A stretch of DNA of 64,000 nucleotides from NCBI GenBank assembly GCA_030141605.1, contig JAQGDQ010000096.1, positions 496,001 to 560,000 on the forward strand. The letters run 5' to 3'. The DNA is from Tubiluchus corallicola (taxonomy: Eukaryota; Animalia; Priapulida). The notes under the pieces are model-generated. The model was not told the DNA's origin, did no database searches, and saw only the letters and a list, made by a program, of their open reading frames with translations. Made by a program: the position numbers and the translations under genes. Shown piece by piece: positions 38,601 to 48,740 of the stretch (position 1 is the first letter of the stretch; each line of letters opens with the position of its first letter).

Positions 38601-41600
38601 AGGAAACAATTTTCGTTACTAATTTAAAACTTTGAAAGAAGTCCCTGTATCCATGGGCGCCATAAGAGAGTTGTTTCTGCAAGGTTGGCTGCAATATCAG
38701 TTAATTTTGCTTTATTGGTATCAAGTATCAGAACGAAACAATAATACGAAGAGCCTACGCAAGCCTTTGAAAAGAAGAAAATACATTTGACCACTTCTTG
38801 AACGTACCTGCAGATCATAAGCCATTTCAGACTGTGCCTTCTTAGTATTGACTTCAATCTCGTAGAAAGCCTTCTTCAGCTCAAAATCTCTTTGTGCAGA
38901 AGCGATGAGGATGTCATTGGCATACCGGGCCTTCATTCTCTGTTCTTCCGCCAGCGCCTCCTAAAAATAAACTGAAATTTTGGTGCCTCCAAATAAGCAA
39001 ATGGTCCCATTTCGGTTGAAGTGTCGCTCTACAAATGACAGAATTTAGGAGTTGAGTAATAGCCAGCACAGCCAGTATTATAATCAACGAAAAATCATAC
39101 CCGAATTCCGGAGTCTTTGTGAGCTTCAGCTTCTCCAATTCTTGCATCCCGGTGCACTTGTGCTGTCCTTCCCATCCCCAGTGCTTTCAGGTATCCCTAT
39201 TTCCAAAACAGAATGCATTTTTTACGCACAAACACTGAAAAAATATCAAATACACTAAACAGACTCCTAAGTTTCTCTAGCAAACATTGAAATATAATGC
39301 CAAATGTGTTCATGACATTGAAGGTTGACATGAGGTTGACTCCACAATTCTAAATAAGGGAAATTTGCAAACTTTTCCACTCACCAATTATCGATTGTAA
39401 CATATAACTTCAAATTCTAAAATTGAACAAATTGCCCAACTGTCAAACAAGAAGCAAGAAAGATGGAACAGATTGGTAAACCAACGACATCTCCTTACTA
39501 AAACACGCTTAAACAGTCAATATATGCAAATTGGTGACAATCAAATCATTTCATTACAGTTTAAAATTGGAATTTACCCTACATTCTTGACATCTTTCAC
39601 AAAATACAATCTTAATGCACAAGTTTTTGCCACCTTGTCCGCACACTTTGCCACAAAACCACAACACCACCTCTACCGACCTCTTCATCGTGAATATCCT
39701 TCAGCGTGTAGCTGACGACGCTGATGCCCATGTTGACTAGATCTGATGAAGCCACTTCAAACACATGCTGCGAGAACTTCTTTCTGTCCTGATAGATTTC
39801 CTAGGTGCAAGAAAGAAGAAAAACTGAACAGCAAATGACAATACCGACCTCTTCGTCTTGTATATCCTTCAGCGTGTAGCTGACTACGCTGATGCCCATG
39901 TTCACTAGGTCGGATGAAGCAACTTCAAAGACATGCTGGGAAAACTTCTTGCGGTCTTGGTAGATTTCCTGCATGCGGTAAGAACACACGAAATCAATGT
40001 GGATTAAACACACATGCAACAAGCTCTACAGGACTCTACTTACATGAGCCTGCTAGTTTTAGTTGTAGAAAACATAGAGAATGACAACTACAGCACAACA
40101 AGCTAATCACACTCTCAAAAAGCCTATATTACTAAAAAAACTACATTACTATTATTCTGAACAGCCTGTTGCTTAAAAGGAATTAATGGCAAACTATAAA
40201 CATAACTTGCATCAGGGTTAGTAGTAACTGCCAGTTAAAAAAAAAATCAAAGCAACAGCATCAAACTTCAACAATAACTTCATCATGCTGCGTTACGAAG
40301 AAAAGCGCGTTGAAAAAAAATCTGCCTTTTATTGTAACATGAAACTTAATTACAGAAATGAAAAAAATGAGTTCCAAAAAGCCAATGGACTAGTCTTTCC
40401 ACTATACTGAAAACTAGTGGAGGTAAAATGAATTACTGGATATGCAATAACGCGTACACAATTTTGAACATCTAGGCAAACACGACTTAAGACAAATCAG
40501 TTCAAATGTTCATTGCTACATATTTATGAAACGATATCGTTATATACATCGTTACAAATGGAACATATTTATGTTCAATTTAAGTAACGACAACGGGAAA
40601 AACAAATATTTTTTGAAAACTCTGCACAAAGAGAACAGAAGCTTCATAAAGACGCTCTAGTCAAAGTATGGTAAATAGGTTAAGTGAAAAGATATTTGTT
40701 CTTGTACAAGCTGATAGTGGCATTTGATGAATACTAACTAGCAACATGACATAAATCAACTGCATCCTGACAATTATAATCAATCTATCAATCAATCAAT
40801 TGCATCTTCAATTTCTGTACCAAAATAAATTGCTATACAATGTGAATGCATGCTGAAATATGCTACTAGACCAACACAACTGGCACAAACACAAATTAAT
40901 GCATCTGCAGTGACTCATATTAACAACACTAGAAATAAAACAACGACATATTGTTTGTAATCTTTGCCAACTCTTGTGGGGGTGAACTGGAACAACTGTT
41001 TTTATCATGAAAAGCAACAAAGCAAGTTAATAGAAAATGTACACTCTGCACCTGCAAAAGAAAATGTAAACAATGCACATTGACAACCACAAACAATTAT
41101 ATGTACGATTTTTTGAAGACTTGTCTCTGTCAATTAAATTGTTGTGTTCAAAAGCCTTTAGAGGTTGTAGAAAGATTTTGTTTGACTTTATTACTTGTTT
41201 GAACAACAAGTAAAAACATCAAAAACATCAACATAAATTTTTGCCATTACAACTTTGGCAGATAGAAGTATTTAGCCACAACCTAAAAGTTGTTTAAATT
41301 TATAAAATGCATCGACAGCTAAAGGTTTTACACTATGGCCACTTAAACAAATGGCAAGTTTGGTAAACTTAGAAGATCTGCCTCACCTCTACAGTCATGT
41401 TTCCCATGATGGCTCTCTGATGTCCCTCCAGGGTTTCGTGTGCCACTCGCATGATCTCCGACTCACTCTTTCCGAGAAACTGCTGGCAGGCAGCTTCTAA
41501 CATCTCTTTCGTCTGTCCTTGAATTTTTACCTGCCAGCACAGGTATTAGTGCAAGCAAAACATTTGCAAGACAACAAAATAACAAAATAATTGTTTTTGC

Positions 41601-43917
41601 TTTTAGACAAATTTAAATTTCTGATTAAATATTGACCAATAGGCAAAGCAGTTGATTTCTTATATGGTAGGCCCAAATAACAACTCACATTTGCACTGCA
41701 CTTTAAGATGACTTTGTAGCAAACCTGAAGTTTGGATTAACAATCTCATAATGAATGTTTCATTATGAGTCAAACAGTGCTAGCTGCAGCGTATTTGATT
41801 AGTTACTGGGGTATTAAGTTACAAGTTCGCATGGGTGAGCATTTAGTATTTGCATAATAGAAGCAGCTCTACAAAACGTGAAGGTGGTCAACAATGGGCA
41901 CTCGGAAGGGAAACAAAAAACAAAAAATAAATAAAGTGAGTCGCACATATAATGGCACAGTCAGTGGCAACTGGAAACAAACATATTTTATCTACCCCTA
42001 GTTAACTGGCAGAGGTGTGTTAGCCTAGACACCCATACATCCTTTCTTCAAAGAGCTATACGACATGTGAAACTAGCCAGAAATAGATTTTACAGACTGT
42101 TATTAGTGTCTGCCACCCATTCATTTATAAGCAAGGTTCAGCATTGCTCACAATTACCTTGTACAATTATTGCGCAAGTTCACTGACACTATTAATGTAA
42201 ATATGAAGTTTGTATTGCATTTGCCCAAAGCAATTAAGCAAGTACATAGCTTAATTGCTTATGAGTCGCAAAATAAGGTATACATGTAAAGATAGGTCAG
42301 TGTGATTTTCCTTACATGTAATGCAGTACTTACTATTATTACTATGTCTTAATTACAGCTTGTTCAAAAAGATTATCACTTACTTGTGCAATTCCTGTCA
42401 CAGATATGGCCACGCCCAACCGGGTGTAAACTTTTGGACTTGTTATGCATAAAGTCATCGTATTGAGACTCAATCTGAAAACGAATTAATTATAGTAAAA
42501 CTTATTTACAAATAAAGAATTGTATAGGATGCAATAAATTACACTAGTGAAGCCATTACATCTAAACTACATCTAACTATCATGATTAAAGGGAAGAAAA
42601 GACAATTTTAAAGTATGTCACAAAAAATGTCTGTATAAAGTTATATTACCCTGCATTCTAACTTAAAGAAGAAAATTCTTAGTAATTTAAAATGTTTTTG
42701 CCAAACATTCCCATTCACAGACTCACCTTTTCAGTGTGCACCACTGACTCACCAAAAAACGTATTATTAATCTTACTGACAGGTTTAGACATTTGCTTAG
42801 CTAGTGAAGCACTCGCAACGAATGCTCTGATTGTTTTTTTCAAATTTTACACAATGTTATCTAAACTTGTTTCAAACGACCTATTGTCGAAATGGCTATA
42901 CCTAATGATCATCGTTTTGCAGTTTAAATTTTCAAGTTTTGCACATCGTTACTGTTAATGCAAGCTTTGTATGCAATTTGACAGCATGTAGCTGATATGA
43001 AATTTTTTTAAGGCACTTTTTTTAGCTTAATCTAAGAAAAGAGTTTTCTTGTACTTTAATTATCTAAGTTCCAGTATTAAAAATAGTCTTATTCATCTAG
43101 TAGTCTATAAATCAAGCAATATATAACATATGACCACTCATATTGATGCCATCAAGTCTTAGATGCAGAATTAAAATATAAGCAATTTTATAATCAAGGA
43201 AATGCAGATTATCTATATGATTAAAACTCACCTCTGAATTTCTTGAATGTACGGCCACACAAACACCCGACCACCACACACCAGCCTGGGCTTGCTATAA
43301 CAACAACCTAAACATATGCTCTCAAATATAATTTTTTCACTGAAAAAGACTTCTTAAAATCATCAATAATTTTACAATGTTTTGTACAATAAATACCTGC
43401 ACTTTGAATTTTCTCCTTGGAAAGACAGACAAGATAGTTGATTATTAATTACCATTCACACGTTTTCTCTATAAAGATTTATGTGCTCCAATTTTTTTAA
43501 AATGATCTTTTGGACATTTTAATTTAGATAAAAATTAAAATGTTTTGAAAAAGTCGCAATATAACAGACTATTTTTTGTAGATGAATTGAATACATTAGT
43601 ACTAGACTTCTGTTTCATAGTGCACTTCTGAAGACAATTCTGTTTACCTTTTATTACGATATACAGGAAGCGTGCATCACACCACAACCCATCACATTAA
43701 TTTAAAAAAGACATCATTTCTAGTTTGACAAGCTGTCCCATGGTGACATGTTAATCATTCACACAAATTTTTATGTGTGGCCGATAATAATACCTAGTCA
43801 ATTTTAGAAGACCATACTGTTTGGAGTTATTCTACTGATTGAATAACACTTCGTAATTACCTAAAACCTACCTGAAACCACCATGGCCTCATTTGGTCCA
43901 CAAGTTTCAAATCCCAT
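35677..43917 (-). CDS. FLOT1: Flotillin-1 (reggie-2), SPFH plus flotillin coiled coil, 426 aa
   Basis: Exons: 43917-43872 ([15 protein letters not shown]), 43307-43232, 42474-42384, 41530-41387, [39968-39849 OR 39800-39681], 39196-39101, 38960-38808, 38504-38323, 37388-37205, 36852-36688, and 35700-35677 (TMKAQRT*; this last exon is less certain). All junctions are GT-AG and phase-consistent. Motifs include [30 protein letters not shown] and [13 protein letters not shown]. Confidence 0.96.
39681..39800 (-). CDS. FLOT1: Flotillin-1 exon 5b (duplicated exon, His variant)
   Basis: acctag|...|gtcggt, 120 nt, phase 0-0, [40 protein letters not shown]. Confidence 0.9.
39849..39968 (-). CDS. FLOT1: Flotillin-1 exon 5a (duplicated exon, Gln variant)
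   Basis: atgcag|...|gtcggt, 120 nt, phase 0-0, [40 protein letters not shown]. Confidence 0.9.
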
Positions 43918-44248
43918 AATTACGCAAAAGGGATAATTTACGTTAAGGACAGAAACTGCACAAGCATAAAAATGTAAAGAGAAGAAAATGCAGTGGATAT
44001 AACAGCAAATGGATGTTGAAAAGGCTGTACTGACATCTAGCGAACGATCACGGAAAATATTTTTACTATTTTCGAAAACTGTCAGAAGGTGCCGCTAATA
44101 ACTTTTTGCATAATTTGCTCCAAATCAGCTGACATGCAGGCCTCTGCCCACATTTGCGCACGTGGCAGGGTCCAGGAAGGAATAGAAGAGTGTAGCATCA
44201 AATTCTGTCATCGTTATTATCGAAACAGGTGGATATTGATTTCTGAAC
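43918..44248. promoter_or_regulatory. Compact bidirectional promoter/5' UTR region shared by FLOT1 and PRDX6
   Basis: The divergent ATGs at 43917 (-) and 44249 (+) are only 331 bp apart. CACGTG E-box at 44159-44164. Confidence 0.7.
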
Positions 44249-47200
44249 ATGGGTATCAATCTGGGAGACGCTTTTCCTGATTTTACTGCTGACTCATCAC
44301 ATGGCAAAATCATCTTCCACGAATGGCTAGGAAACTCGTGAGTAGGAGTTATTGTAATGTAGCAATACCGGTACAGAGCCACTATAAATGTGGCAGTGCT
44401 TGCAATCGCTGCTTGTCAAGCTAGGCCTATAATCTAATTTAAAGGTACCTTGGGTTTAGATTCAATTTAGTATTATTTTATTGTTGCAATATTATGGCTG
44501 CAGTTGGAAACCACGAGAAAAAGTAATTTGACAACGAAACATAAGTTGAAGATGATAGGCGATTGATTTCTGAACAGAGGTTATCCCTGGATAACAGTGA
44601 CTTAAAAGCTTGGTTTGCATATTGCATTAATTACTTCAGTGGTTTTGAGGATCATAGTTCAGCGTGTTTGAGTTGAATTAATGATGCGATGTAGAGGTGA
44701 AATAACTATAAAAACGTAATTAGCATTAGCCTGGCCTGTCACTCATTCGTCAATCACTTCCATTGATAGACTCGGTGCATTGCCTATTGTTCACTAGTAG
44801 ATGTCTTGAGCAGTCATTTTTAAATGCTTAATAAAGTGCTATAGGCATTAACACAGCTCTGGCTGCCCCATTTTCAGCTAAAAGGCTACTGATTGAAATT
44901 GGCCCCGAGCTACACTATAATTAATACTGCAGCAGAGTGACTTCCCCACAAATGGACATGGTTATTTTGCTTTGTGGCATGCAGATTTTGCCGCTGAAAG
45001 GTTTTATACACAGCCCGCAGAACTTGCAGTAACTGGTTAGAACTATTGTCACGGACCTATAACCTCATTTTGGCCTTGAAGTAACTCTGCACTCCTAAAT
45101 ATTAAGTTTAGTCCTCAGACTGTTCAACAGCATGTAAATAATACCTTGATTAGCTCCAGATCTCTGCCCACATCAGTTGGGCCTTAAATGTTCATATCTT
45201 GACTGGACTTTGATACAGTATTTGCCAGGGTCCGTACGATAGAGCTAATGTTTAACATACAACTCGTAAAAACTAATGAATAGTTTCTTGCTGTAATAGC
45301 ATATGCACAACCAGAACCTGTTTTGCGACATTATACTTTTGGTAATTTTACCTCCAGCCATTGCTATTCATTCTAAAGTTTGTCATGAGGACTGTAAAAA
45401 GATAATGTTAAATTTGCAGGAGGAGTATGGGTATAATAGACTGCATTCAAATCTGCTTATTTTTTTGTTAAAATTTATGTATCATACTTTGCTACTTTAA
45501 CATGTAAGCAGTACAGAAATCCATGCATGACAGTAATAGCTGAGTGAGTGGAATAATCTGACTGCATGAGTTAAGCAACACTGGGTTGGGTTAGTTAGTG
45601 GATGGGTGACAGGCAAGAAATCTGCTACTTAGGAATGATGTGTTGCATGCTAGGTAAGATATGTCTGTCAGTTTAGTGCTACTTATCTTACGTACTTATC
45701 TTGGACTTGAGACCAGGAATTTAAGGGTAATCAAAGCTGTAAAACGTATTAGAATTAACTTTCACGGTGCACTGTACATATGTTTGAAAGCAAATGTTCT
45801 GAAAATTGCTTTTTTCTCATCTTCACTTGTCCAGATGAATAAAACAGGAAATGCTTGAATTTCCTGGCTAGTGCTCCACTTCAGATCTTGAGCACGTGAT
45901 ATCTGGTACGTAAGAATTGTACAAAGTGTATGCATATATGAATGTACTATATTAGCCAATGACTTGCTGGGAAAACATAGATGAAATATTGTCCAATGAA
46001 CATTGACAGCTAAATTTAGAAATATCAGCTTGAATTTTATTTCCCAAGGACATCTGGTCATTAACTTAAAATGATAAAATCAGATATCATGGCAGAAATG
46101 ATGAAATACAGCCAGTTCCAGAATAAATTAATGGGAGAAAACTGGGAATAAATTGTGGGTTACTGAGGGGTGAATTAAGTGAATTTATGTCAATTATGGC
46201 TCTGCACAGAACTTTAAAGATTTTAATTGGTGCTTAAAGCAAAACCGGACCCAATCTTAAAGTGTGAGTCAAAACAATTTACTTTTTAAAATGTTGAAAG
46301 GAAGCATACTATTTTTTTCAAAAATGACTTACGTGAACAATATCAATACACAAACACAATTTTGCATTCGCGCCACTAGTTCTTCGCTGCTACATCCATT
46401 TCACTATTTGCTAGTTAGATGGGCACTAGCACCTGGATTTCGGAAAAGGCATTGCACACAAAACAGGTGCTGTACTTCTCAGTTCAAATGTGTTAGTTTG
46501 TGACAAACTACGCACGTTCAACAACTTGTGTGTACACAGCAATAAATTTGAAATTCGAATTTCTATCTTAAAACTTCCCTAGTTTTAGTACAACACACTA
46601 AGTATCTTACACTAGCACTGTACTTCAATTTTTGCTTTTGCAAACACATGCAACATGCATGTGGAATATTTTTTCTGTTGAAAATTATGTTAGTTTGTGA
46701 TGTCATCAATAGTTGTGCTCACCCACCACTAATTAAGTTTTTAATCTATTATTTAATTGTAACAAAAACGCTTTTGCTATATTAATTGTGTTCAATTGTA
46801 TACTTCTTATCTCACTTGAAAATATGGTAGTATATCAAAAGTCATCCTGTCTTCCTTACAGTGTCTTTTAAAACTACAATTCGTCTAGTACTATAGACTT
46901 GAATGCCAATTACACGGGTTATTGATTACGATGCAAATTTAACACTATGTTTACATTCAAGAATTAGTTTGTAAGGGCAGATCCATGCAAACAGGGTAAA
47001 AAACACTTTAACTCGAGATATGCTATAATGGCATAGTTCTCGACAGATGCCATATACTGTGAATTGACCACGAGCAACTCGCTGTAACTGAGTTGCATCA
47101 CATTGAATTGCACCGTAAGCTTGCTTATGTCGACTGGATATATTCGGAACCAGCGGCGTACCGTATGCCACTAGTCTCTGAGTTTCCAATTGCTCTCAGT

Positions 47201-48740
47201 TGTGTTGTGTCACAAGTTCGACCTAAGCCTGCCTTAAGTAACCTGTATAAATGACCTGTGTGTTCTCAAAGTGTAATTGTACAACATCAGAGTCCTCTTA
47301 AGATAGTACAACCCATCTAACCATTGTCTGTATGTTTTATAGATGGGGAATACTCTTCTCCCACCCAGCTGACTATACGCCTGTGTGCACCACCGAGCTG
47401 GGGTCTGTCGCAAAAATGATGCCGGAGTTTCAGAAGCGTAATGTGAAACTGATTGCTCTCTCCGTCGATGACTCCGAGTCTCACCGTGGATGGATTAAAG
47501 TAAGTTTCCTCTGAACTGGTGCACAGCTATCGATAATTCTAAGAATGGGCTGTATTGTAATATTGTTGCAGCTGAATTTCCACAAACTGTGTAAGCATTC
47601 TCAAGAGCTCAGCAGCTTGCTCACTGCATCTGACCTTTAGACCACATTCAGGATCACATTTCACTGTTTGTGCTTAAAACTTTATGTACATTTTTAACAG
47701 GACATTCAAGCCTACATGGGGGTGAGTGGTGACTTCCCATATCCCATCTTAAGCGACGAGAACCGAGAACTTTCCATCAAACTGGGAATGCTCGATGCAA
47801 AGGAGAAGGATTCAAAAGGGATGCCGCTGAACTGCCGCTCAGTTTTCATCATTGGGCCTGACAAGAAGCTTCGTTTGTCCATACTCTACCCGGCCACTAC
47901 CGGACGTAACTTCAAGTGAGTATCTTCCTGTGCTCTGCCAGCTGAGCTACTAGTTCAATATATTGGCATAGCATGGGAATACTAATCTCAGGACTTGGGT
48001 TCAATTCCCGCTAGTCCACAATTCTTCAGCATCTTCTTTCTCCAACGCATTACCCACAATGGGTAATAATTGTTAAAATTAAACTGCAATGGTTTATAAA
48101 CATCCTGGCTATCACAGTCATAATCTAACTAATTCATGATATCATTAGTTGCCAGCTAATTTGAGAAAAGAGTTGATACTATAAGTATCCCCCTATTGTC
48201 ATGTGTACCAGTGGTGCTGTTGGGATGGTGTGCTACAAGGAGGAACGGGCCTGCTCTGTCAGGTTGAACTAGTAGCTCACCTGGCAGAGCACAGGAGTAC
48301 TAATCTCAGGTCTCGGGTTAAAATCCCAACTAGTCAACAATTTTTCAAGGTCTCCTTTCTTTCTCCAATGCATTACCAGCAATGGGTAATAATTGTTAAA
48401 AATAAACCTCAATGATTTTTAAACACTCTGGCAATCACTGTCATAATCTAACTAATTCACGATAATGTGAATAAACTTGGCAGTGTTTTCCATCATCGTC
48501 ATTTAACGACTCAAATTAATAATTGGCTTTGATTTCAGTGAAATACTCCGTGTCGTTGACTCGCTCCAGCTGACTGAAACTAAGCAAGTGGCAACACCTG
48601 CTAATTGGTGTAAAGGTGAACGTGTGATGGTGGTGCCATCTGTCAAGCAAGAGGACACTCCCAAACTGTATCCACAAGGCGTGGAGGTGTTCCCGTTGCC
48701 ATCCAAGAAGCAGTACCTTCGCTTCACGCCACAGCCTTGA
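44249..48740 (+). CDS. PRDX6: Peroxiredoxin-6 (1-Cys peroxiredoxin), 4 exons, 220 aa
   Basis: Exons 44249-44337, 47343-47499, 47701-47915 and 48539-48740 (TGA). The product reads [80 protein letters not shown]. The peroxidatic PVCTTE and the GxSxG (GNSWG) motifs are intact. AATAAA at 49172. Confidence 0.98.
45568..45622 (+). mobile_element. 5S-rRNA-derived (SINE3-like) fragment
   Basis: GAGTTAAGCAACACTGGGTTGGGTTAGTTAGTGGATGGGTGACAGGCAAGAAA resembles the 5S A-box/IE/C-box segment (AAGCTAAGC..GGTTAGTACTTGGATGGGAGACC). Confidence 0.6.
47959..48141 (+). mobile_element. tRNA-derived SINE, copy 1 (PRDX6 intron 3)
   Basis: B-box GGTTCAATTCC at 47998-48008. The body aligns over ~180 bp with 48264-48464 (shared TACTAATCTCAGG, CAATGGGTAATAATTGTTAAAA, GTCATAATCTAACTAATTCA). 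Confidence 0.75.
48264..48464 (+). mobile_element. tRNA-derived SINE, copy 2 (PRDX6 intron 3)
   Basis: tRNA-like head TAGCTCACCTGGCAGAGCA (A box/D arm) and degenerate B-box GGTTAAAATCCC. The body is homologous to copy 1. Confidence 0.75.

Noticed and set aside
39681-39968. Assembly artefact or haplotype duplication as the cause of the twin flotillin exons
   Set aside because: Differences are almost all synonymous and the flanking introns are unrelated beyond the donor heptamer, unlike an allelic duplication.
46925-47120. MITE bounded by ~19-bp imperfect inverted repeats in PRDX6 intron 1
   Set aside because: The repeats are too degenerate, with no clear TSD and no second copy in the window.
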